Source: Limisphaerales bacterium (GTDB taxonomy: Bacteria; Verrucomicrobiota; Verrucomicrobiia; Limisphaerales; UBA1100). From it: a stretch of 64,000 nt of DNA. Made by a program: the position numbers and the translations under genes. Below the pieces are notes generated by a model. It did no database searches, had not been told where the DNA came from, and saw only the letters and a list, made by a program, of their open reading frames with translations. Shown here in pieces: positions 28,301-37,246 of the stretch; position 1 is the stretch's first letter; each line of letters begins with the position of its first letter. The stretch spans positions 3,756 through 67,755 of the forward strand of contig JACNJL010000035.1 in assembly GCA_014382585.1 (NCBI GenBank), written 5' to 3'.

Positions 28301-30862
28301 AACGGCTTCCTCGTGGATGGATTTGAGCTGGGACTGGATGCCCTCCGCTTCGCCGGCTTTTTCAAGTTCGGTGAGTTCCTTCACGCGTTCGCGGATGGAA
28401 TCGATCATCCGATCGGCCGCCATGTAGCCGTTGATGTCGTTGACGTCGTCGAAGGTGCCGAGTTTGTGCTCCACGCTCTTGAGCATGCGTTCGGCGGAAG
28501 ACACCAGCGCGGTGGCTTTGCGGTTGCGGGCTTCTTCGAGTTGCAGCCGTTTTTGCTCAAAGGCGGCTTCGAGTTCGCCGCGTTTTTCGTCAAGTTGCTC
28601 GATGTACTCCGGAAAATCCGCGAAGTCGCCGCCTAAATCCTCGAGCTGATTGATGACGTTATTAAAATATCCGTCGCATTTTTCCGGCGAGTCGGACATA
28701 TCCAGATAATTTACCGCCGTTTGGCTAAGCAATAAAATCTGGGCATTAAACTGCGCGGCACCCTCGGCGCTCATCAGCGTGCGAGATTTGTTTTTGAGCG
28801 CTTCTTTCACCTGATTCACCACCTGATAAATTGCGGTGATGGATTCGATGATGCGAGTCTGCTCGGTCGTGTCATCGATTTGCAAACTGCGCACGATGTC
28901 GATGAGCATTTCGAGGTCTTCACCCGCCTGAGTGATTTCCGCATTCAACTCTTTGGCCTCGGCCATTTTGGTGACGCCCTCGACTTGGCTACGCTGTTCG
29001 TCAGCGCGTTCGCGATAGGGATCCAGCGCCTCGGGTTGCAGCAGAAATTGGACGCACGATTGCGAAAGCGTTTCCACTTGCTCCTTCACCTCCGCTTCTA
29101 GGGAGTCCATCGCAGCGGTGTTGATGAAGCGCACCTCGTCTTTGAGCGTGATGATTTCCCCGCGCATTCGGCGCAGTCCGCCGAGGTTGGCCACGAAATC
29201 ATCGACCGACCGGAAATCCGCGCGGAGGACTTGATTGAACAACGTCTTGGCGCGCTTTTGGATTTCATCGGCCTTTTCTTTGGCGTCGAGGCGGAGGCGT
29301 CGCACTTTGTCAAACTCGGCGATGGCCTTCTCAGCGGAGCTGCCGATCTCTTTTAGAATTTCCACTACGCTGCCGCCATCGCCGGAGGTCAGCCACGCGT
29401 ATGAATTGGGGATACTTTCACAACGGCGCGCCACATCGGCGTAGAGATCGGCATAGGGCGATTCTTTTTGGATGAGAATGAGCACCTCATTGCACTCGGC
29501 CATCGCGCGTACTACGGATTTGTTGCCCACTTGGTACAGGAACGATTCGCGGTTGCCGCTTTCCGGTTCGAAACCGGGTTGATAAAATGGCGTTTGGCGC
29601 AGTTGAATCGTGTGATGTTTGATGGCCTCTTCCTCGGCGCGGAAGCTCACGAGGTCGCCATTGGGGAACAGTGAGAACCCGTGGCACGTGATGCGCTCGG
29701 TGACCTCCTGTTCGATGAGCCGATAAGGCATCAGCGCGTAGAGACCGGTCATTCGGTTGAAAAAAACATACAAAAAATCCTCGCCGTTGGGTGATGACAC
29801 CGTGCGTTCGAGCACCATCTCTCCCAGCTCACCCTCGTAGCGTTTCAGCTCGCCGGTTTGCAAGTAGTAGCCGTCGGGGAAAATTAAGCCATGCTCTTCG
29901 GGCAACATTACGCACGATTGCCCCAGCGTATCCACGCGATGCACGGCTTGAAGTTTTTCGTTGAAAATAAAATAGCGCGTTTGCTTTTCGCGATAGGGCG
30001 TCATCTTCAGCAAAATCAACGAGCCTTGGATGGCGTATTGAATTTCGGCATCGCCCACTTTTTGATTCGCGTCCACTACCTCCTCGGCGTAGATACCTTC
30101 GCCGGTGGCGGTGTTGTCCTCCACTTTGATCGTGAGATCGCCGCCCACGCATTCCACAAACACGCGGTCCTCGATGGATACGTGCGGGTTGTCTCCGTGC
30201 CGAACCGCACTACTCGCCGGAGTTTTCCACTGAAAATTATACTGGCCGGGAAAGCCTTGGCGAAGATAGTCCGGCGCGCTGCGGTCATCCTCGTAAACCA
30301 GCTCGCCATCTTTGTAGAGCCACTTGAACACCGTCACATCATCCACCATTTTGCCGGTGCGAAACACCATGTAAAGGTGAACCCCAATTATGGCGAACCG
30401 GTGGAACGTGGCGGATTGATCAATTTTGAAAAGACGCGAGAACGATTCTTTGAAATGTTCGTCCTGCAACAACGTGAGATCGCCCTCGTGAAACGTCTGC
30501 GCCTCGGCGTCATATTCAAATACGCTGAACACATCGCTCAACTGCCCTTGCTTGAGGCCGAGGTTCACATTGAAACCAAACAGGAACCGATTGTGGCCGA
30601 GCTGAATCATATCGCGCGGCTCGCAATTGAGCTGCGTGGACACGCGATCCATTTTCTTCAACTCCAGCTTGCGCGTGCCAAAGACTTCCGCGCGTTGCTC
30701 GTCGAGCGTGCCCAATCGCTCGCGCAACACCTTGGCCTGATCAGTCAGGCGTTGCTTGATGAGATCGTACGCGCCGCCTTCCAGCGCGGTTGATGCGCCT
30801 TCCGCGGGGGTGCCACTGTCGCCACTGTCAGGAGGTTCCGCCATCGGGAATTTGGAATCCAA
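25358..30862 (-). CDS. Giant (1834 aa) coiled-coil protein with a central MoxR/AAA_5-like AAA+ ATPase module
   Basis: Walker A LLLISPPGYGKTTLMEYLANRMG. Walker B/sensor region VMIYLDDIQHCNPEFLQKFISLCDAQRKIEGV resembles the MoxR-type DEINRA…LLEAM…G motif. Long heptad-like Glu/Lys/Ala/Gln-rich stretches lie before and after. The start is 33 bp downstream of the flotillin stop. Confidence 0.65.
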   Translation of the reverse strand: MDSKFPMAEPPDSGDSGTPAEGASTALEGGAYDLIKQRLTDQAKVLRERLGTLDEQRAEVFGTRKLELKKMDRVSTQLNCEPRDMIQLGHNRFLFGFNVNLGLKQGQLSDVFSVFEYDAEAQTFHEGDLTLLQDEHFKESFSRLFKIDQSATFHRFAIIGVHLYMVFRTGKMVDDVTVFKWLYKDGELVYEDDRSAPDYLRQGFPGQYNFQWKTPASSAVRHGDNPHVSIEDRVFVECVGGDLTIKVEDNTATGEGIYAEEVVDANQKVGDAEIQYAIQGSLILLKMTPYREKQTRYFIFNEKLQAVHRVDTLGQSCVMLPEEHGLIFPDGYYLQTGELKRYEGELGEMVLERTVSSPNGEDFLYVFFNRMTGLYALMPYRLIEQEVTERITCHGFSLFPNGDLVSFRAEEEAIKHHTIQLRQTPFYQPGFEPESGNRESFLYQVGNKSVVRAMAECNEVLILIQKESPYADLYADVARRCESIPNSYAWLTSGDGGSVVEILKEIGSSAEKAIAEFDKVRRLRLDAKEKADEIQKRAKTLFNQVLRADFRSVDDFVANLGGLRRMRGEIITLKDEVRFINTAAMDSLEAEVKEQVETLSQSCVQFLLQPEALDPYRERADEQRSQVEGVTKMAEAKELNAEITQAGEDLEMLIDIVRSLQIDDTTEQTRIIESITAIYQVVNQVKEALKNKSRTLMSAEGAAQFNAQILLLSQTAVNYLDMSDSPEKCDGYFNNVINQLEDLGGDFADFPEYIEQLDEKRGELEAAFEQKRLQLEEARNRKATALVSSAERMLKSVEHKLGTFDDVNDINGYMAADRMIDSIRERVKELTELEKAGEAEGIQSQLKSIHEEAVRQLKDKKELYVDGQNVIQFGKHKFAVNTQPLDLTIVRRGDEQNLHLTGTQYFDPIEDEAFLATREVWEQQVISEDREIYRAEYLAYLLWQKLEHESGERLAEVAAMKAADRLKLVQDFMGDRYAEAYTKGIHDQDAAKILAALLNTHAALQLARYHPRVRACGAVYWHHFCPEDTRKLWAAKLEGFAKRNELFPGDPTQREYIVALQELVAGFVTDTVLFPEEDAAPAGEYLFYEITNGKDWAVSQEADQLLTEFERHLVKKGSEAEFDKAQKPLKANPHSHYQLVRDWVRGFLLTRNGENKYLEEVAALIFCGHHHKQAVVKAATAQAITGLQGAHDAVQEGSYDFDYLVFQEKLGRFARESVPRFEQYQELKQKLIEDEKEVLRLHEFEPRVLSSFVRNQLVDTVYLPIVGDNLAKQIGVTGEGKRTDLMGLLLLISPPGYGKTTLMEYLANRMGLIFMKINGPALGHEVGSLDPEDAPNAGARAEVNKLNLALEMGDNVMIYLDDIQHCNPEFLQKFISLCDAQRKIEGVWRGQPKTYDMRGRRVVVVMAGNPYTESGEKFRIPDMLANRADTYNLGDDMKGREEAFNGSYIENAITSNPVLQPLAKAAQKDIQAFIRMAETGQREGIELQGSYSANETEELLNVLKKLTVLRDVVLKVNQLYIESAGQADEFRTEPAFKMQGSYRNMNRLAEKVLAIMNDQELMDLVLDHYKGESQTLTTGAEANFLKFKQLIGVMTEDEEARWEDIKKTYGRNQFLQGGDQGDPVSRVVSQLSLFTGGLDAIQGTLKEELSKPRTTQLDLGGMNESLDALRDTISQHLSGQQTAAPTPTEGTVPSDATNENLTALRGAFEKYLEQSSTAAAATQESQSALADRQMALAEFIEQSNVTLADTIRDSQSQTQANQMQAALSKIGVLFANYQERHRELRERLDAAQPTEVVVDVSQDMVQDSDALIQQLLAQLQEAQQQEPPADSKGG

Positions 30863-30895
30863 CCCATCTGGCCGAAGCCGGATGGGGAATTGGAT

Positions 30896-33106
30896 TTATT
30901 TCGCCGCCTTATCGCCCAGCAACACGCCGGAGATCATATCGCCGATGCCGGATTCTTTCACCGCCTTTTGCGCCTGACGGATCACCGATTTCGTGCCGCC
31001 GTCATCCGCTTGGCTCACTAACTTGGTGAGCAGCGCTGAGATGGTGAGATTTTTCACGTCCTCGCTGGAGACGCCCAGATCCTTCACCCAACCGCGAAGT
31101 TGGGTTTTGAAATAATCGGGGTCGCCGTTGAAGAAGGTGTTCTTCACGTCGGTGATGGATTGGCTGTTGTTCACGAGGCGGTCGACCGATTTGCCGTAGC
31201 TCACCGAGCGCACGACCTTCTCGAAGAAGTCGTTCTCGCCGCCGACGATGTCGATGTTCGCGCTCTTGAGCGCTTCGCCCACCACGCGCGCCTGCGCTTC
31301 GGCCACATCCTTTTGGATTTGGATTTCGGCCAAATCCACGTCGCGGTCCTTGTTGAGTTGCAGTCGGAATTCTTCGTGATCCTGCGAGGCTTTGTTGAAG
31401 ATCTCGATGGCTTTTGCCATTTCGGTTTTGGACACCGCCTGCGCGAGGCCCATTTTTTCAGCGCCGGCCGCTTCGGCGGCTTTCACCGCGTCGATCGCTT
31501 TGCCTTCGCCCTCGCCTTCCGCCGCCTTGGCAAGGCCGCTCGCCTCGCCTTGTTTGGCCATCACTGAGGCTTCGGCCATGCCTAAAGCTTGTTCGGCTTC
31601 AGCGTCCGCTTTCTTTGCATCCGCCTTGGCGATGGTCACGCGGGCCTCGGCCAAACCATCGACACTCCGCATTGCCGCTGTGCCTTCGGCTTCCTGTTGC
31701 ATGGCGTGGTTGCGTTTCTCGCTGGCCTTGGCTTCCGCCTCGGCGATGGTGATGATCTCGTCGGCTTTCTTTTCTGCCGCTTGTTTCGAAGATTCGGCGG
31801 AGGTGACCTCCAGATACAAATCCTTGTCGGCAATTTCCTTTTGCGCCCGATGTTGGGCCTCGGCCATTTTCACTTCCTCCACCAAAGACGCTTCGGCTTT
31901 GGCGGTGGCTTCCACCATTAGCACGCGTTTGGCGCGGTCGGCTGACATATCGGCCTCCACATCCAACCGGCCTTGGTGTTGGGTGGTGACTTCCTTTTCT
32001 TTGGATTCCAAACCGGCCTTGCTCTCGGCCACTTCAAAGGCGGCCGCGATGATCTTGGCTTCCTTCTCCTGCTGCATCAGGCCGATGCGCCGCAAGCGAT
32101 CCACCTCGGCTTGTTCGCCGGATTCAATTTTCTCCTGCTCCAAGCGCAGCAAATCTTGATCCTTCGCGTACGTGGCACTCATGACCACACGATCCTGTTC
32201 CACCTTGCGTTCCTCGATGTGCTGGCTGGCCTCGATCTCAGCCTTCTCGGAGACCTCACGATTTTTCTGCACCTCCACCTGCGCCGCCGCGCCCTCACGG
32301 GCCTTGGCCTCTTCCACGGCGCGGGTTTGCTTGGCTAAATCTTCTTCGTTTTGTTTGTCCAACTCGCGTTTCTCCATTTCGGCGCGGATGTTGTCGTTCT
32401 TAATTTCAACATCCTTTTCCTGCGTGCGCTTGTTGGTTTCCTCCTCTTTTTGGGCGGTGATGCGGTTGATTTTTTCAATACCCTGCGCGTCAAGCACGTT
32501 GGCAGGGTCGTGATCTTCGCGGGCGGTTTGCTCCAAATAATCAATCGCCACGTCCTCCAGTTTGTAGCCGTTGAGATCCTCGCCAATTTCTTTGACAATC
32601 ATATCCCGAAATTGGGAACGCTGAACATAAAGCTGATCAAAATCCATTTGCTTGCCGGCCGCCTTCAAGGCATCGGAGAATTTCGCCTCAAACAAATTGC
32701 GCAGCAATTCGATTTCAGAAGCACGTTCACAACCCACCGCTTCAGCCACTTCCTTAATGTTTTCTACCTCCGGTGCCACGCGCACATAAAATGCCACCTC
32801 GATGTCTGCGCGGATGTTGTCCTGGCAAATTAGGCCGTCCTTGCCTTTCCGCGCCACCTCCAGTTTCTTCACCTGAATATCCATAATATCCCAGCGATTC
32901 AGGAAAGGAAACCGGAACATCCAATCCTTGGTGACCTTGAGCCCGCCAACACCCGTCCGCACACCGGCCTCGCCGGCCCGAACTTTTTTCAGGCAAAACA
33001 TGGAAAGAAACGCAAGGATAAGCAGGGATAAGCCAATGACGATGGCCGCCACCACACCGGCGGCAAGACCGCCAAGACTGATAAAACTAAGAACAGGTTG
33101 GATCAT
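30896..33106 (-). CDS. Flotillin/SPFH (band-7, YqiK-like) membrane protein with a greatly extended Ala/Glu/Lys coiled-coil tail
   Basis: N-terminal TM helix (LGGLAAGVVAAIVIGLSLLILAFL). SPFH core (…GGLKVTKDWMFRFPFLNRWDIMDIQV…ADIEVAFYVRV…). EA-rich flotillin repeats. YqiK-like C-terminal end (…NIDIVGGENDFF…). Start re-derived to the ATG at 33104-33106. Confidence 0.75.
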   Translation of the reverse strand: MIQPVLSFISLGGLAAGVVAAIVIGLSLLILAFLSMFCLKKVRAGEAGVRTGVGGLKVTKDWMFRFPFLNRWDIMDIQVKKLEVARKGKDGLICQDNIRADIEVAFYVRVAPEVENIKEVAEAVGCERASEIELLRNLFEAKFSDALKAAGKQMDFDQLYVQRSQFRDMIVKEIGEDLNGYKLEDVAIDYLEQTAREDHDPANVLDAQGIEKINRITAQKEEETNKRTQEKDVEIKNDNIRAEMEKRELDKQNEEDLAKQTRAVEEAKAREGAAAQVEVQKNREVSEKAEIEASQHIEERKVEQDRVVMSATYAKDQDLLRLEQEKIESGEQAEVDRLRRIGLMQQEKEAKIIAAAFEVAESKAGLESKEKEVTTQHQGRLDVEADMSADRAKRVLMVEATAKAEASLVEEVKMAEAQHRAQKEIADKDLYLEVTSAESSKQAAEKKADEIITIAEAEAKASEKRNHAMQQEAEGTAAMRSVDGLAEARVTIAKADAKKADAEAEQALGMAEASVMAKQGEASGLAKAAEGEGEGKAIDAVKAAEAAGAEKMGLAQAVSKTEMAKAIEIFNKASQDHEEFRLQLNKDRDVDLAEIQIQKDVAEAQARVVGEALKSANIDIVGGENDFFEKVVRSVSYGKSVDRLVNNSQSITDVKNTFFNGDPDYFKTQLRGWVKDLGVSSEDVKNLTISALLTKLVSQADDGGTKSVIRQAQKAVKESGIGDMISGVLLGDKAAK

Positions 33107-33334
33107 AATTTTCTCCGAAACAGTTGAGTTGTTAATTGCACAAACATATTGCGACACAGGACACCGCGCGCGTTGGAGTACCGCCCGGGGAAGCAGTGCG
33201 TGGTGTCGAGGCGAGAATACACAATTCCCCCGAAGGCGCGCCACTATAATCTTTAAGAAAGATTATAATCGCTCAATGCCAAAAACCCCAAAAAACCGGT
33301 GGCACATTACCCGATGGCGAGTTAGGTTCTCTCA

Positions 33335-34642
33335 ATGAAAACCACGCTGCTTTCGCTCACCCTTATTTTTACCTTCACCTCCACCATCGCAACTGCCGCA
33401 AATCCGCCTTCGCTGCTTAACCGCCTCAAAGACGAAAACGCCCGCGGGCAGGATCAATGGATTTACAACGACCTCAAAAAAGCGATGGCCGAAGCCAAGC
33501 GCACCGGCAAACCGATCTTCGTCACCTTCCGCTGCGTGCCGTGCCACGCCTGCAAAGCCTTCGACGCCGAGGTGGCCAAAGACAACCAAGCCATCCGCGC
33601 GCTCGCCGAAAAACATTTCATCTCCCTTCGCCAAGTGGAAATGAAGGGCGTGGACCTCAGTCTGTTCCAGTTCGATTACGATCTCAACTGGGCCGCCATG
33701 TTCATCAATGCCGACGGCGTTGTCTACGGCCGTTACGGCACGCAATCCGCCGATGGCCCCGATGCATTTAATTCCATCGGTAGCCTCGAGAAAGCGATGC
33801 GTCGCGTGCTCGCGCTGCACGCCGGTTATCCAAAAAACAAATCCATCCTCGCCGCCAAACGCGGCGCGCCCAAGCCGTACCGCACCGCGATGGAAATGCC
33901 CGGCCTCGAAAACAAAAACAATTACCGCAAAACCACCGAACGCAATAACTGCATTCATTGCCACAACATTCACGACGCCGAAAACCACAAGCTCCATCTC
34001 GAAAAAAAGATGACCCACGAAACACTTTGGCGCTATCCCTTCCCCGATAACCTCGGCCTCAGCATCGACCCCAAAGACGGCCAGCGCATCGCAACGGTTG
34101 CCCCCAACAGCGCCGCCGCCCGCGCCGGATTGCGCCCCGGCCAAACGCTCACTCACGTCAACAGCCAACCCATCATCTCCATCGCCGACATCCAATGGGT
34201 GCTGCACAACCTTTCCAACGATGCCGAACTCATCCGCATCAACATCGCCGGCAGTTCCCGCCAACATCTCATCCGCACCACGCCCGGTTGGAAGAAAACC
34301 GATATTTCCTGGCGCGGTTCATTGTGGAATCTGCACCCGCGCCTGCGCGTGTGGACGCCCGAGGTGAAGGATGACGAACTCAAGCGCCTCCGTCTCCCCG
34401 CCGGCCACCAAGCGCTCAAGGTGAAATGGATCAACCAAGGCAGTCCCGAGGGCAAAGCTGCCGCCCGGGCCGGGCTCCGCCTCAACGACTATATCATCGC
34501 CATCAACGGCAAACCGCTCGCCAAAATGGGCCATCGCGAATTTAACACCCACGTAAAACTCAACTATCAATCCGGCCAACAACTTCCGCTCACATTGATC
34601 CGCAATGGCAAACGCATCCTGTTTAATTGGCCGCTGCAATAA
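33335..34642 (+). CDS. Secreted thioredoxin-fold (CxxC) protein fused to two PDZ domains
   Basis: Signal peptide. FVTFRCVPCHACKAF CxxC motif in a thioredoxin-like context. Two PDZ-like segments (…IATVAPNSAAARAGLRPGQTLTHVNSQPI…, …INQGSPEGKAAARAGLRLNDYIIAINGKPL…). Confidence 0.6.
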   Translation: MKTTLLSLTLIFTFTSTIATAANPPSLLNRLKDENARGQDQWIYNDLKKAMAEAKRTGKPIFVTFRCVPCHACKAFDAEVAKDNQAIRALAEKHFISLRQVEMKGVDLSLFQFDYDLNWAAMFINADGVVYGRYGTQSADGPDAFNSIGSLEKAMRRVLALHAGYPKNKSILAAKRGAPKPYRTAMEMPGLENKNNYRKTTERNNCIHCHNIHDAENHKLHLEKKMTHETLWRYPFPDNLGLSIDPKDGQRIATVAPNSAAARAGLRPGQTLTHVNSQPIISIADIQWVLHNLSNDAELIRINIAGSSRQHLIRTTPGWKKTDISWRGSLWNLHPRLRVWTPEVKDDELKRLRLPAGHQALKVKWINQGSPEGKAAARAGLRLNDYIIAINGKPLAKMGHREFNTHVKLNYQSGQQLPLTLIRNGKRILFNWPLQ

Positions 34643-34645
34643 ATA

Positions 34646-35518
34646 ATGAGAAAAATCCTCCTCGCCACCGCGCTGCTATGGGCGGTCGATACGAATGCCG
34701 CCGAGCCGCTCTTCCGTTTCGGCGCGCTGGCCGATTGCCAGTACTGCAAGCAAACCAGCTCCGTCCGCAAATACAGCCAATCGCCCAAAAAACTCACCGC
34801 GTGCGTCACGCAATTCAACAAGCTCGACCTCGCTTTCGTCGTGCATCTCGGAGATTTTATTGACCGCGATTTTGAGAGCTTCGCCAAAGTGGTGCCTATT
34901 TATAACCGCCTCAAAGCCCCACATTATCACGTGTTGGGCAATCACGATTTCTCCGTGGCTGATGACAAGAAATCGCTGGTGCCCGCCCAACTCGGCCTCA
35001 CAAATCGCTACTACGATTTCAACCACAAAGGGTGGCGCTTCATTGTTTTGGACGGCAACGATGTAAGCCTCTACGCGTATCCCAAAGACGATTTGCGCAC
35101 GCAGGCCGCCACCGCCTTTCATCGCCGCCTCAAGGCCGGCACCCCCACTTGGAACGGCGGCGTGGGCAGCAAACAACTCGCGTGGATTGAATCCAAATTA
35201 AAGGCCGCCACCAAAGCAAATGAACGCGTCATTCTCTTCTGCCATTTCCCCGTGCACCCCGCCAACATTCACAACCTTTGGAATGCCGAGGCGATTACAA
35301 CTTTACTCGCCAAATATCCCTGCGTGGCCGCCTACCTCAACGGCCACAACCACGCCGGCAATTATGGAGCAAAAAACGGAATCCACTATCTCACACTCAA
35401 TGGAATGGTGGATACCCCCACCTCGGCCTACTCCGTGGTGGAAGTCCACAAGGAGGACCGCCTGGAAATAAAAGGCTTCGGCCGACAAAAAAATCGCACA
35501 ATGAAACTGGCCCGGTAG
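34646..35518 (+). CDS. Calcineurin-like metallophosphoesterase, secreted
   Basis: Signal peptide. VVHLGDFIDRD, HYHVLGNHDF and GHNHAGNY metal-coordinating motifs. Confidence 0.75.
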   Translation: MRKILLATALLWAVDTNAAEPLFRFGALADCQYCKQTSSVRKYSQSPKKLTACVTQFNKLDLAFVVHLGDFIDRDFESFAKVVPIYNRLKAPHYHVLGNHDFSVADDKKSLVPAQLGLTNRYYDFNHKGWRFIVLDGNDVSLYAYPKDDLRTQAATAFHRRLKAGTPTWNGGVGSKQLAWIESKLKAATKANERVILFCHFPVHPANIHNLWNAEAITTLLAKYPCVAAYLNGHNHAGNYGAKNGIHYLTLNGMVDTPTSAYSVVEVHKEDRLEIKGFGRQKNRTMKLAR

Positions 35519-35528
35519 GGCAGCACAA

Positions 35529-37169
35529 TCACCGCCACTCCGTCTTGTGAATGTGCGCGCGGATGCGCCAGTAAAACAGCCCCACCGTGAACAGCGCGAT
35601 GGCGGCGGTTGAGAAGAAGATTTCCTGCGACCCCACTCCCAGTTGGCGCATCAGAAAAAATAAACCCGTGCCGGATATTTCGAACACCGCATCAACGGCG
35701 TTGGAGGCGCCGATGTATTGCCCGCGCGAATCGTTCGGCGAAAGTTTTTGAATCAACGCCTGCAGCGGAATCACGTACAACCCCGCACACACGCCCACGA
35801 TGAAGAGATATCCCACCACCCGCCAAATATCTGCCTTGCGTGCCTCCACCGCCGTGGCCACGAGGCCGGTGGGTTTGCCGTCTCGCTGCAACTCATAGTA
35901 GCCGATAGTTTTTGTTTGATCATCAATTTTACGCGCCCGCTTTTTTTTATTTTCAAACGTATCGAGATACGCCGAAGAAATTACCATCGCCCCCACTTCG
36001 CCATTTTCCACTCGCTCCATTCGTTCGCTCAACGAAATGCTGCCTTCGCGCTCGAATTCCAAATCCGACCGCAACTCCGCAAGCCGATCCTCCGCGCGAT
36101 CCAAATGATGACTCACCGTGATCCCCTCCGGCAAACCGGCCAACCCTTTCTCCGCCGTTGCAGTGTCGGCGCGATGAATCACCATATAACTCGATGGCGC
36201 CCATGCCAGCAACAGACTCGCCACCACCAACCCAATCGCGCCCGCCGGAATCAGCCGCGGTTGAATGCCATTACGCGAAATCAATCCCGCCGAAATGCTG
36301 CCTACCCCAATGGCCACACCGATGGTTCCCAGCAAGTAGACGCCCACTTTCGTTTCCGGCAAACCCAGCACCACCGTGTAGTCCGCCAAGATTAACAGAA
36401 ACATAAACGCCAGCATCCCGAAGCCGCCCTTGAGCAGACACACCATAAAGACCGGCGAATCGCCCTTGCGCATCCGGCGGATGGTGCGCAGGTGCGGTGC
36501 AAAAAATTCCCACTTCACTTTCAGGGTTTCCGCGCTGGCCTTGAGTTTGGGCATTTGAAGCGCCGCAATCAGCCCCACAATGGCCACGCACAAGAGCGCC
36601 ACGCCGGGAAGCCAAACTAATCCTACCGGTGCCGCAACGCCATCCGGCCCGCGATAGGCTTCGTAGATTGCCCCCGCCACTAACGTGGCCGCGATCACCG
36701 CCACGTTGGTCAGCATATTGATGATGCCGTTGGCCATGCTGATTTTTGAAGCGTCCACCAGCTCCGGAATCACTCCGTACTTGGCCGGACCAAAAAACGC
36801 GCTTTGCGTTCCCAGCAAAAACATCGCGAAGAGGCACAGATAAACATTGTTAAAATAGAAGCCCGCGAACGCCGCCAGCACGATGAGGAATTCCGCCTGC
36901 TTCACGCGCACCGCGACGAGTTGTTTACTGTAGCGATCGCACAACTGCCCGGCCACAGCGGAGAACAATAAAAACGGCAGCGCCAACACCGCCGCCACGT
37001 AGCTCTGCCCGCCATCGCCCAGCGTGCTGTTCCAAATCCCCGCCGCCGCAAGGCCGAAAGTGAGCACTTGTTTGAGCAGATAATCATTGCCCGCGCCAAG
37101 GAATTGCGTGACCACCAAAGACAAAAAACCTTTGTTGGCCAGCGGGTTTTTGGGCGTTGCGTCACTCAT
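35529..37169 (-). CDS. lplT: MFS transporter, lysophospholipid-transporter (LplT)-like
   Basis: 12-TM MFS topology with the LplT-like N-terminus (…GFLSLVVTQFLGAGNDYLLKQVL…). Adjacent to an acyltransferase, as in the lplT-aas pairing. Confidence 0.55.
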   Translation of the reverse strand: MSDATPKNPLANKGFLSLVVTQFLGAGNDYLLKQVLTFGLAAAGIWNSTLGDGGQSYVAAVLALPFLLFSAVAGQLCDRYSKQLVAVRVKQAEFLIVLAAFAGFYFNNVYLCLFAMFLLGTQSAFFGPAKYGVIPELVDASKISMANGIINMLTNVAVIAATLVAGAIYEAYRGPDGVAAPVGLVWLPGVALLCVAIVGLIAALQMPKLKASAETLKVKWEFFAPHLRTIRRMRKGDSPVFMVCLLKGGFGMLAFMFLLILADYTVVLGLPETKVGVYLLGTIGVAIGVGSISAGLISRNGIQPRLIPAGAIGLVVASLLLAWAPSSYMVIHRADTATAEKGLAGLPEGITVSHHLDRAEDRLAELRSDLEFEREGSISLSERMERVENGEVGAMVISSAYLDTFENKKKRARKIDDQTKTIGYYELQRDGKPTGLVATAVEARKADIWRVVGYLFIVGVCAGLYVIPLQALIQKLSPNDSRGQYIGASNAVDAVFEISGTGLFFLMRQLGVGSQEIFFSTAAIALFTVGLFYWRIRAHIHKTEWR

Positions 37170-37246
37170 CGCGGTGGCACGTTAACGCGATTTAGGGCGA
37201 AATGGAAAATTGATTCCTCACGAGTATTCATTGATCGAGTCAATGC

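Noticed and set aside
25358-30862. The giant protein as an SMC/Rad50-type ATPase or a dynamin-like GTPase
   Set aside because: There is no ABC-type signature (LSGG) and no split Walker A and B at opposite termini. There are no G2-G4 GTPase motifs (DxxG, N/TKxD). The contiguous Walker A and DDIQxxNPE block is AAA+/MoxR-like.
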